Shown: positions 28,450 through 36,802 of the stretch, one piece after another
Layout of the letters: each line of letters starts with the position of its first letter
Position numbering within the stretch: the stretch's first letter is position 1
Origin: Gammaproteobacteria bacterium
GTDB lineage: Bacteria > Pseudomonadota > Gammaproteobacteria > Natronospirales > DASSBR01
Direction: 5' to 3'
NCBI GenBank assembly: GCA_035698525.1
Contig: DASSBR010000053.1
Span: forward strand, 22,187 to 86,186
DNA: 64,000 nt
Notes under the pieces: model-generated
What the model was told of the DNA's origin: nothing
Seen by the model: only the letters and a program-made list of their open reading frames with translations
The model's database searches: none
Program-made: the position numbers and the translations under genes

Positions 28450-31400
28450 ATGAAGACAGCAATGAAGCGCGAACCCACAACAGTCATGGAAATCCCGGTG
28501 CAGGAAGCATCCGCAGACATCTGGGACAAGAAATACCGCCTGAAGACCAAGGATGGCACGATTCTGGACGAGACGGTTGACGATACGTACAAGCGCGTCG
28601 CCCGCGCGCTGGCCGAAGTCGAAGAACCGGCCAATCAAGAGGAGTGGTACGAGAAATTCCTGTGGGCGCTGCGCCATGGCGCCATTCCGGCCGGTCGCAT
28701 CACGTCCAACGCCGGCGCGTGGGAGCACAAGCCGGCGACCTCGACGATCAACTGCACCGTTTCCGGCACGATCCGCGACTCGATGAACGACATCCTCGGC
28801 AAGGTGCACGAGGCGGGGCTCACGCTCAAGGCCGGCTGCGGCATCGGCTACTGCTTCTCGACGCTGCGCCCGCGTGGCGCCTACGTCGCCGGCGCCGGCG
28901 CCTACACCTCCGGCCCGCTGTCGTTCATGGATATCTACGACAAGATGTGCTTCACCGTCTCGTCGGCCGGCGGCCGCCGCGGCGCGCAGATGGGCACCTT
29001 CGACGTCGGCCACCCGGACGTGCTCGACTTCATCCGCGCCAAGCGGGAGTCCGGTCGCCTGCGCCAGTTCAACCTGTCGCTGCTGGTCACCGACGAATTC
29101 ATTCAGGCGGTCAAGAACGACGCCACCTGGCCGCTGGCATTCCCGCTCAACCAGATAGAAGTGGACGCCGAGGAAATCGACATCAACGACCCGGCCAAGG
29201 TCGTCTGGCGCGAGTGGGAAACCACCGAAGGCTATGTCACCAACGAAGCGGGCCTGGTCGCCTGCAAGATATACAAGACCCTCCCGGCGCGCCGCGTCTG
29301 GGACATGATCATGACCTCGACTTATGACTTTGCCGAGCCCGGCTTCGTGCTGATCGACAAAGTCAACGAGATGAACAACAACTGGTTCTGCGAAACCATC
29401 CGTGCGACGAACCCGTGCGTGACGGCCGATACCCGGCTGCACACACAGTACGGGCTGGTCCCGATCGGCGAGCTGTATCAGTCGGGTGTGCCGCTGTCCG
29501 TGACGGTGGACCGTCGCGCGTTGGGTGATGATGATCGCGGCGTCGAAATTCGCGACGCCAAACCTGCTTTTATGACGGCACGCGAAGCCGACGTATACAA
29601 GGTCGTCACCGAAGCCGGTTATGAAATAAAGGCCACCGAATGGCACGATTTCTACACTCAGCGCGGGAAGATCAAGCTGTCAGAGTTGCAGGCCGGCGAC
29701 GAATTGCTGGTGCAGTCCGGCAAAGGGCAGTTCGGCAAGGAGGGCAGTAATCAGTTGGGCACGCTGCTCGGGCTCATTACGGGCGATGGTCACTTCACCA
29801 ACCGTGGCAAGGATCAGGAAGCGGTCATCGTTAACTTCTGGAACGAAGAACGTACGCTCGCAAACGGAATAGCAGGCTATATCAACAGCTTGATCGCCAG
29901 CGTGGCACAAAGCGCCAGAAGCTACGAGGTCGCACCCGTAGCAGTACCGGAGCGGAACCATCTCTTTATCCGCTCGGTGTTGTTGGCCCGCGTACTTGAG
30001 CATTACGGCTTCACCCGGCAGAGCAAGTTAAGGGTGCCGGAAGTGGTCTGGCGCGGCTCCGAAGCATGCGTAAAGGGCTACCTGCGCGGCCTGTTCCAGG
30101 CCGACGGTACGGTCAATGTCTCGTCCAACGGCCAGAGTTGCTCCGTTCGTTTGGCTTCAAGCTATCCGAGTCTGCTCAAGGACGTTCAGATGTTGCTCGC
30201 CAACTTCGGCGTGTACTGCCGCATCCACCAGCGGCGCCGCGCCGGCAAGCGCATACTTCCTGATGGTCGTGGTGGCCAGCGCGAATATGCCTGCCGGGCG
30301 GATCATGAACTGATCATTGATGGACAGTCGCGCGGCGTATTTATGCGCGAGATCGGCTTCCTGATGGATTATAAGAACGAGAAATACGCGCAATGGGTGG
30401 CCGACAAGGCGCTGCGCAAGACGCAACGGTTCGCGACGAAGATCAAGGAAATAGTGTTTGTTGGTCGCGAGGCGGTTTTCGACACCACGCAGCCCGATAA
30501 CAACACGGTTATCTTCAACGGCCTGGTGACGGGGCAATGCGGCGAACAGCCGCTCCCGCCGTACGGCTCCTGCCTGCTAGGCTCCGTTAACCTCACCAAG
30601 TTCGTGCTCGACCCGTTCACCGATCAGGCGCGTTTCGACTGGGAAGAATTCCGCGACGTCGTCAAGACGTTCACGCGGATGCTCGACAACGTCGTCGAGA
30701 TCAACGGCCTGCCGCTGGAGCAGCAGCGCAACGAAATCTTCAGCAAGCGCCGCCACGGCATGGGCTTCCTGGGGCTAGGCTCAACGCTGACGATGCTGCG
30801 TATGAAATACGGCGCGCCGGAGTCGGTCGACTTTACCGACCAGGTCTCGCGCGAACTGGCCGTCGCCGGCTGGGAAGAAGCGCTGGAACTGGCGAAGGAA
30901 AAAGGCCCCGCGCCGATCCTCGTCGAGAACTTCACCGTCACCGAGGAAATGCTGCGCAAGCGCCCGGAAATGGCGGCGGACGGCTACAAGGTCGGCGACA
31001 AGGTTCCGGGGCGCATCCTGCACTCGAAATACAGCCGCTACATGCAACAGGTCGCGACTGTCGCGCCCGAACTGGTGGCGGAACTGGCCGAAGTGGGCGC
31101 GCGCTTCACGCACCACAGCTCGATCGCCCCGACCGGCACGATCTCGCTGTCGCTCGCGAACAACGCCGCCAATGGCATCGAGCCGAGCTTCGCGCACCAC
31201 TACTTCCGCAACGTGATCCGCGAAGGCAAGAAGTCGAAGGAAAAGATCGACGTCTTCTCGTTCGAGCTGCTGGCCTACCGCGCGCTCATCAACCCGAACG
31301 CGCTGCCCGAGTCCGAGAACGAGCACGAAAAGCTGCCCGACTACTTCGTCACGGCGGAACACATCACGCCGAAGGAACACGTCGACATTCAGGCCGCGGC

Positions 31401-31719
31401 ACAGAAGTGGATCGACTCGTCGATCTCCAAGACCGCCAACGTCCCGACCGACTACCCGTACGAGGACTTCAAGGACATCTACCTGTATGCCTACGACAGC
31501 GGCCTGAAAGGCTGCACCACGTTCCGCTTCAACCCGGAAGCGTTCCAGGGCGTGCTCGTCAAGGGCTCCGACCTCCAGAACACCACATACAAGTTCACGC
31601 TGGAGGACGGCACCGTAGTTGAAGCCAAGGGTGACGAAGAAATCGAATACGACGGCGAAATGCACACCGCCGCCAACTTATTCGACGCTCTTAAAGAGGG
31701 CTACTACGGCAAATGGTGA
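28450..31719 (+). CDS. nrdJ: class II (adenosylcobalamin-dependent) ribonucleotide reductase, NrdJa part, interrupted by an in-frame intein
   Basis: ATG 28450 lies downstream of the promoter and of GGAGGG. RNR blocks include NCTVSG and the finger-loop motif ATNP/CGEQPLPPYGSC, which is split by 374 inserted codons. Without the insert the product is about 715 aa. Confidence 0.9.
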   Translation: MKTAMKREPTTVMEIPVQEASADIWDKKYRLKTKDGTILDETVDDTYKRVARALAEVEEPANQEEWYEKFLWALRHGAIPAGRITSNAGAWEHKPATSTINCTVSGTIRDSMNDILGKVHEAGLTLKAGCGIGYCFSTLRPRGAYVAGAGAYTSGPLSFMDIYDKMCFTVSSAGGRRGAQMGTFDVGHPDVLDFIRAKRESGRLRQFNLSLLVTDEFIQAVKNDATWPLAFPLNQIEVDAEEIDINDPAKVVWREWETTEGYVTNEAGLVACKIYKTLPARRVWDMIMTSTYDFAEPGFVLIDKVNEMNNNWFCETIRATNPCVTADTRLHTQYGLVPIGELYQSGVPLSVTVDRRALGDDDRGVEIRDAKPAFMTAREADVYKVVTEAGYEIKATEWHDFYTQRGKIKLSELQAGDELLVQSGKGQFGKEGSNQLGTLLGLITGDGHFTNRGKDQEAVIVNFWNEERTLANGIAGYINSLIASVAQSARSYEVAPVAVPERNHLFIRSVLLARVLEHYGFTRQSKLRVPEVVWRGSEACVKGYLRGLFQADGTVNVSSNGQSCSVRLASSYPSLLKDVQMLLANFGVYCRIHQRRRAGKRILPDGRGGQREYACRADHELIIDGQSRGVFMREIGFLMDYKNEKYAQWVADKALRKTQRFATKIKEIVFVGREAVFDTTQPDNNTVIFNGLVTGQCGEQPLPPYGSCLLGSVNLTKFVLDPFTDQARFDWEEFRDVVKTFTRMLDNVVEINGLPLEQQRNEIFSKRRHGMGFLGLGSTLTMLRMKYGAPESVDFTDQVSRELAVAGWEEALELAKEKGPAPILVENFTVTEEMLRKRPEMAADGYKVGDKVPGRILHSKYSRYMQQVATVAPELVAELAEVGARFTHHSSIAPTGTISLSLANNAANGIEPSFAHHYFRNVIREGKKSKEKIDVFSFELLAYRALINPNALPESENEHEKLPDYFVTAEHITPKEHVDIQAAAQKWIDSSISKTANVPTDYPYEDFKDIYLYAYDSGLKGCTTFRFNPEAFQGVLVKGSDLQNTTYKFTLEDGTVVEAKGDEEIEYDGEMHTAANLFDALKEGYYGKW
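29416..30537 (+). mobile_element. intein with LAGLIDADG homing-endonuclease domain inside nrdJa
   Basis: Block A CVTADTRLHT at the N-junction. Block B KATEWHDFYT. LAGLIDADG motifs LLGLITGDGHF (29764-29796) and YLRGLFQADGTV (30079-30114). Block F/G reads EAVFDTTQPDNNTVIFNGLVTGQ followed by the +1 Cys of CGEQPL. Confidence 0.85.
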
Positions 31720-31729
31720 ATTCTCATCC

Positions 31730-31748
31730 CCTCTCCCTCAGGGAGAGG
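31730..31748. repeat. REP-like GC-rich hairpin in the nrdJa-nrdJb spacer
   Basis: CCTCTCCC-tca-GGGAGAGG (8-bp stem), followed by ACTAGGGTGAGG. It resembles a repetitive extragenic palindrome motif common in proteobacteria. Confidence 0.4.
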
Positions 31749-31784
31749 ACTAGGGTGAGGAGATAAATTTCCAAGGACTCAGTT

Positions 31785-32519
31785 ATGACCATAAAGATCG
31801 ACAAAAAAATCGTAAGCTACAACGTAGCCAAACCCGCCGAAGGCGAAGCCGAGAAATCAACAATAGAATCGGCAGTAAACAAAAAAGCCGCCGCCCAAGC
31901 GGCGGAGAAAAAGCCAAAGGCCGAAGTCATCCGCATGCACGAAAAGCTCGAGCGGCCGGAAAGGCTGCTCGGCTCAACGTACAAGGTCAAAACGCCGATC
32001 TCCGAACACGCGATGTACGTCACCATCAACGACATCCTGCTGAACGAAGGCACGGAATACGAAGTTCGCCGCCCGTTCGAGATCTTCATCAACTCGAAAA
32101 ACCTCGACCACTACCAGTGGATCGTCGCCCTGACGCGAATCATCTCCGCAGTTTTCCGCAAGGGCGGCGACGTCACCTTCCTGGTAGAAGAGCTGAAAGC
32201 GGTATTCGACCCGCGCGGCGGCTACTGGAAGCCGGGCGGCAAGTTCATGCCGTCACTGATCGCCGAACTCGGCGAAGTGATCGAAAAGCACCTCGTCACC
32301 ATCGGCATGATGCACAAGGAAGAACTCGACGAGCACCAGAAAAAGCTGATCGAAGAAAAGCGCGCCGAATTTGAAGCGCAGACAAAGCAGCAGGACGCGT
32401 TTGCGGAGAATGCGTTTCCGGCTGGGGCGCAGCTTTGCGCCAAATGCAACACGGCGGCTGTTGTGATGATGGATGGGTGTATGACTTGTCTTAGTTGCGG
32501 CGATAGCAAGTGCGGGTAG
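31785..32519 (+). CDS. nrdJ: class II ribonucleotide reductase C-terminal subunit (NrdJb, TSCPD-type domain)
   Basis: AAGGA RBS. The core is YVTINDILLNEG...RPFEIFINSKN...WIVALTRIISAVFRKGG. The C-terminal Cys tail is CAKCNTAAVVMMDGCMTCLSCGDSKCG, as at the end of unsplit NrdJ. Confidence 0.8.
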   Translation: MTIKIDKKIVSYNVAKPAEGEAEKSTIESAVNKKAAAQAAEKKPKAEVIRMHEKLERPERLLGSTYKVKTPISEHAMYVTINDILLNEGTEYEVRRPFEIFINSKNLDHYQWIVALTRIISAVFRKGGDVTFLVEELKAVFDPRGGYWKPGGKFMPSLIAELGEVIEKHLVTIGMMHKEELDEHQKKLIEEKRAEFEAQTKQQDAFAENAFPAGAQLCAKCNTAAVVMMDGCMTCLSCGDSKCG

Positions 32520-32592
32520 GCAAATTCGGCGCCATCTCCGCTAGAGTTATATTTATAATTGACCGCTGAACAGCATCAGGGGAAAGCACGTA

Positions 32593-33369
32593 ATGCAAGC
32601 ACTGGGTGACCGATGGAGGCAATTTGGTGCGATTGTTTTGGATCCGTGGACGGCATGCCTTATGTTGGCTGTAGCTGCGCTCTTTTACATGTCACTGCAC
32701 CAAGCAAACGCAGTTGGTTCAACGCTTCTGTTTGTCCTAATTACGCTAACATCTGCGGTACTCGGTGGGCGCATTACAAAGCAATGGGTAGAAGCAACAG
32801 AGGGTGGAGTGGTAGTAGCTCGGGGGCGATCTGCCGTACGCAGCCTGAAACTTCTGCTCAGAACAATATCTTCGTTGGAGTCACGCATACGTGCGTTTAG
32901 GGATGCGGAAGGTGAAATAGAGCAACATCCGCTAATGGTTCGACGGAATTACGAGGAAGCCATTCAAGCATGCAACCTACTCCAAGAGGAAACCGTGAGT
33001 TCGATAGAGAACTGGACGGACATAGTTCCGGAGGCAGACATCAAGACTCAGATTGGCTTAATCAGTGAACTCAAGAAGAGCATCGCGGACAAGGAGATCG
33101 AGCTTAGCAATTTAGATGATCAACTAAGGGAGACGAAAGGTCAGTCTGAAGCCGAGCGGACTCAGCTTAAACAGCAGATAAGGGATAAGGCGGCGCAGAT
33201 TGATAAACTGCAACATGAAGTAATGGAACGGAAAGTTAATGTAGGGGGCTTCGGTCTCGCAGATGTTGGAAGGCTTGAAGGTCCTACGGGCGATGTGCCG
33301 TTGGCTGCGTCGGATGTGAAGTCGCGAATCGCAAAGCTTATAGAGGCGATGAACTCAAAGACGGAGTAG
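32593..33369 (+). CDS. hypothetical membrane-anchored coiled-coil protein (island gene 1)
   Basis: 258 aa. Two N-terminal hydrophobic helices (ACLMLAVAALFYMSL and STLLFVLITLTSAVLGG). A long heptad-like, charged segment follows (KKSIADKEIELSNLDDQLRETKGQSEAERTQLKQQIRDKAAQIDKLQHEV). Low GC. GGGGAAAG precedes the ATG. Confidence 0.55.
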   Translation: MQALGDRWRQFGAIVLDPWTACLMLAVAALFYMSLHQANAVGSTLLFVLITLTSAVLGGRITKQWVEATEGGVVVARGRSAVRSLKLLLRTISSLESRIRAFRDAEGEIEQHPLMVRRNYEEAIQACNLLQEETVSSIENWTDIVPEADIKTQIGLISELKKSIADKEIELSNLDDQLRETKGQSEAERTQLKQQIRDKAAQIDKLQHEVMERKVNVGGFGLADVGRLEGPTGDVPLAASDVKSRIAKLIEAMNSKTE

Positions 33370-33407
33370 AAGGTGTTCGAGCTTGGGGCAGATCTTCTGA
33401 ACCGGGA

Positions 33408-33647
33408 GTGTTAAGAATCAGAGAGCAGGTAAATGAAAATTGTAATGCGGCGCGACGTATGCAAATCGAATACGTACACCTTGATGCGGATGAAGCTTGG
33501 AACGCGGATGCTCAAAGGTGGGAGCTTGCCACTGTGTGCGACAATGCCACCTGCGAAATGTGCGGCGGAGAGACGTCAATCGAGGAGTTCAAGATTGGCG
33601 GTGACAGATCAAAAGCGATGCCAAGACAACGACTGGAGAACCGATGA
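33408..33647 (+). CDS. small hypothetical acidic protein with C-x4-C-x2-C motif (island gene 2; start uncertain)
   Basis: The stop overlaps the ATG of the next gene (ATGA at 33644-33647). Starts are possible at GTG 33408 or ATG 33459. A competing frame exists at 33433-33666. Confidence 0.35.
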   Translation: MLRIREQVNENCNAARRMQIEYVHLDADEAWNADAQRWELATVCDNATCEMCGGETSIEEFKIGGDRSKAMPRQRLENR

Positions 33648-34297
33648 AAAGGCGATTGACGCTTGAAGTCTTGCAAACAGAAGCTGCCAAATTTGCCGAG
33701 AGAGAGACTAAGTATGACGAACCGAAACTATATGGCGTCACTGACGGCAAGGCCGTTGGAACCTATCTTGAACACAAGTTCACAGTCTATCTGCTGGAAC
33801 GCTACAAGTTCGACAAGGGCAACTCGGCCGTGGGAATCGACCTACCGGGGCTAGACGTAGACATCAAGGTGACGAGCATCAAACAGCCACAGTCGTCGTG
33901 TCCTTTTAAATCAGCCAAGCAAAAAATTTATGGTCTGGAATACAGCTTGTTAATATTCGTTTATCAGAAATACGACGACCATAAGCGTCAGACCGGGCGT
34001 CTCAACATGAAGCACGCCATCTTCGTGGCGAAGGAGCGGACCGCGGACTATCAGACCACGAGAGGCATTAGGGAGATACTCGACCGAGATGGAAATGAGG
34101 ATGACATCGCAGCCTTCATTATGGAGCGTAATCTCCCGGTAGACGAAGTGGGCGCGCGTTCCTTGGCAGAAGCGATCCTGAAAAAGCCGCCGGAACTAGG
34201 GTACGTGACGATGTCTAATGCGCTGCAATGGAGGTTACAGTATAAACGGGTAATTGAGCGGGCCGGGGAAGTTGACGGGCTAGTGAGGATCAGATAG
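33644..34297 (+). CDS. putative PD-(D/E)XK type II restriction endonuclease (island gene 3)
   Basis: 217 aa. The motif GIDLPGLDVDIKVTS (D66...D72-I-K74; 33839-33868) is preceded by GKAVGTYLEHKF. A DNA methyltransferase gene follows immediately. Confidence 0.55.
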   Translation: MKRRLTLEVLQTEAAKFAERETKYDEPKLYGVTDGKAVGTYLEHKFTVYLLERYKFDKGNSAVGIDLPGLDVDIKVTSIKQPQSSCPFKSAKQKIYGLEYSLLIFVYQKYDDHKRQTGRLNMKHAIFVAKERTADYQTTRGIREILDRDGNEDDIAAFIMERNLPVDEVGARSLAEAILKKPPELGYVTMSNALQWRLQYKRVIERAGEVDGLVRIR

Positions 34298-34299
34298 AC

Positions 34300-35865
34300 G
34301 TGGCGACCAAACACCCTGAAAAGTGGGAGTATGGCGACTTTCAGACACCCGATGCCTTAGCAAGAGCAGTTGTCGGGCGGCTTGCTAAGAATCACGGTAT
34401 AGCCCCGAGGACAATCATAGAGCCAACTTGCGGTGAAGGCGCATTCGTGCGCGCCGCGTTGGAGGAATTCCCCGATGCTGATGTCGTGGCGTTTGATATT
34501 AATGGCCAATACGTCAAAGCAGCCCGAGAACAATGCCATTCCACCGGAGCAGGCGGCTCCATTTACATAAAGCAGGCGGACTTCTTTTCGTTGGACTGGG
34601 ACGAAATTTTGAGCAATATCGCGCCTCCCATACTAGTGCTCGGAAACCCGCCTTGGGTGACTAGTAGTGAGTTAAGTGCACTTAATAGCAAAAACCTGCC
34701 GGCTAAATCCAATTTCCAAGGTCGAAGAGGCATTGAGGCAATAACAGGGGCCGCGAACTTTGACATATCGGAATGGATGTTGCTGCGGCATGTGCGGTGG
34801 CTAAGTCGCGTCGAGGGAACTATCGCTCTGCTATGCAAATATTCAGTTGCCCGCAAGGTAATGCGGCAAATCCAGCAGAATCAGGAGCAGCGGCTATTCG
34901 GCCACATCTACTTCATAGACGCGAAGCGTCACTTCGGAGCTTCGGTAGCGGCTTGTCTGTTCGTGCTGACAACCGACCGCGGTAATGCGGATTGCGAGGT
35001 CTACGACGATATGGAAGCCGCTAGCCCGGCGCACGTCATAGGAGGACGTGACGGGCTTTTAGTCAAGGATGTCGACAGTTATGCCAAATGGCGCCATCTA
35101 CGCGGCCAAGACAGCCGACATATATGGCGTTCGGGAATGAAGCATGACTGCTCAAAGGTCATGGAGCTAGAGCCCCTCGGAAACGGCATGTATCGAAATG
35201 GCTTACATGAAGATGTAAGGATAGAGCTGCACTACCTGTTTCCGCTGCTAAAGAGTTCTGACATCGGAAATTCAAGAATAAAAACTTACCGGAAGGTAGT
35301 GTTGGTGCCTCAGCGTAAGGCCGGCGAAGATACTTCGTCCATACAGTCCGCGGCTCCAAAAACATGGGATTATCTTCAGGCACATGACGAATTATTGGCC
35401 GGCCGGAAAAGCAGCATATACAAGAATAAACCAGCCTATTCTGTGTTCGGTATCGGCGACTATAGCTTTAAGCCATGGAAGGTCGCAATATCCGGGTTCT
35501 ACAAGCACCTAAAATTCCACCTCGTTGGGCCGATGGAAAACAAGCCCGTTATCTTCGACGATACAATAAGTTTTCTCGGATTCGACACAAAGGCCGAAGC
35601 GCAATTTATCCACGATCTACTGGCTTCCGAACCGGCCCATCAATTTTTAGCCTCGATGATTTTCTGGGACGAAAAGAGACCCATTACGACCACCATCCTC
35701 CGGCGCTTGTGCTTAAAGTCGCTTTCTATTGAGGTGGGCCGCTCGGCCGAATATCTTCGCTGGTGCAAGGGATCTAGCATTGGCGAGAATGGTCAGCAAC
35801 TTCTGGCTATAGGGGAACAACGAGCGCCTTTCTCGACTCACGGAAGTCTGACCGATCACGCCTAA
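34300..35865 (+). CDS. N6-adenine DNA methyltransferase, gamma-class (island gene 4)
   Basis: GTG start 2 nt after the previous stop. Motif I IIEPTCGEGAF, motif IV LGNPPWV (NPPW at 34645-34656), and a C-terminal region of about 300 aa (likely the target-recognition domain). Confidence 0.8.
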   Translation: MATKHPEKWEYGDFQTPDALARAVVGRLAKNHGIAPRTIIEPTCGEGAFVRAALEEFPDADVVAFDINGQYVKAAREQCHSTGAGGSIYIKQADFFSLDWDEILSNIAPPILVLGNPPWVTSSELSALNSKNLPAKSNFQGRRGIEAITGAANFDISEWMLLRHVRWLSRVEGTIALLCKYSVARKVMRQIQQNQEQRLFGHIYFIDAKRHFGASVAACLFVLTTDRGNADCEVYDDMEAASPAHVIGGRDGLLVKDVDSYAKWRHLRGQDSRHIWRSGMKHDCSKVMELEPLGNGMYRNGLHEDVRIELHYLFPLLKSSDIGNSRIKTYRKVVLVPQRKAGEDTSSIQSAAPKTWDYLQAHDELLAGRKSSIYKNKPAYSVFGIGDYSFKPWKVAISGFYKHLKFHLVGPMENKPVIFDDTISFLGFDTKAEAQFIHDLLASEPAHQFLASMIFWDEKRPITTTILRRLCLKSLSIEVGRSAEYLRWCKGSSIGENGQQLLAIGEQRAPFSTHGSLTDHA

Positions 35866-35949
35866 CGTACTGCTTTTCGCAATCGGGTTCCGCTTCTTCC
35901 TACTGCTATCAGCAGCTTTTGAGGAGGATTGCCAATGCTCCCGTGACCC

Positions 35950-36699
35950 CTACGGCGATGTCCTCTCCACTCGAAGGAATGTAGCAAGATCATCTTCGTC
36001 TCCCGCCCCCTCATGCAGCATAACCTGCCAGCCGTAGGTTGATAATACGTCGTGTACAAATAGTTGCGCACGCATCCGTTCGGCAGAATAATCACGTCGT
36101 AACGCTTCGCGCGTTCCGTGGCTTATCTGAGATCGCCCTCTCTCATATATCTCCTTCACGACTTGCTTCACCGATTTGGCAGGTACCTTATCAAAGTAAG
36201 GGTCATCAGCTTCACGATTTAGCACAGAAGTTGCCATATCAATGATTCCACTGGCTTTGCCGCCATTCGCGAGTGTATCTAAGCAAATGCCGGAATAGAC
36301 AAGAGATTCAAAGTCGAATGTCGTGGTCATAGCCCGGTGAAACCAATGAACGGCCGACAACCATCTGTCGCCAAGTTTCGGGCACCGCCAACGCCCGTTG
36401 GGAGCTTCACTATCACCTACGTAAGATTCCAGCATGCGCCCTAGCGCCACACAATATGCTGCAAAGTTGCCCGCCCCATCGTGAGCAATAGCATCACCTT
36501 CCTTCAGACGTGTTGCGTCGAAAGACCATCCGGGAAACGTTATAGCGTCCGTTCGGAAGGCCATGCCTTTCTTCATCATCGGACGCCAGGGTTCATCCAA
36601 GAGATGGGCATGGGCAATGGCCGGAAGGCCAAGGGGGAGTAAGACTGAAACCAATGCAAGCCGCGCAGCAGCATGCGCTAACTGATCCGCGCGCACCAT
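35950..36699 (-). CDS. hypothetical protein with C-terminal Rx4H (HEPN-like) motif
   Basis: 249-aa ORF in low-GC DNA. ERGRSQISHG (R189-x4-H194; 36118-36135) lies between predicted helices. The start is uncertain because the RBS is poor. Confidence 0.45.
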   Translation of the reverse strand: MVRADQLAHAAARLALVSVLLPLGLPAIAHAHLLDEPWRPMMKKGMAFRTDAITFPGWSFDATRLKEGDAIAHDGAGNFAAYCVALGRMLESYVGDSEAPNGRWRCPKLGDRWLSAVHWFHRAMTTTFDFESLVYSGICLDTLANGGKASGIIDMATSVLNREADDPYFDKVPAKSVKQVVKEIYERGRSQISHGTREALRRDYSAERMRAQLFVHDVLSTYGWQVMLHEGAGDEDDLATFLRVERTSP

Positions 36700-36802
36700 T
36701 CCTAAGCTCGGTGTACGGACGCAAATAAAGGTCGTAGCTCGATCGGCCCATTCATTTACATTCTTGACGGCTTGCTCACACGCGTCCCGCGCAAACTGCG
36801 AG

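Noticed and set aside
28423-29646. 407-aa minus-strand ORF over the 5' half of nrdJa
   Set aside because: It is antisense to a gene with strong RNR motifs and shows the typical shadow-ORF composition.
33433-33666. Alternative 77-aa frame overlapping the small island ORF
   Set aside because: The product is very basic and low-complexity, and it runs 23 nt into the nuclease gene. The competing frame ends in an ATGA overlap with the nuclease start. The choice is still uncertain and is flagged in the findings.
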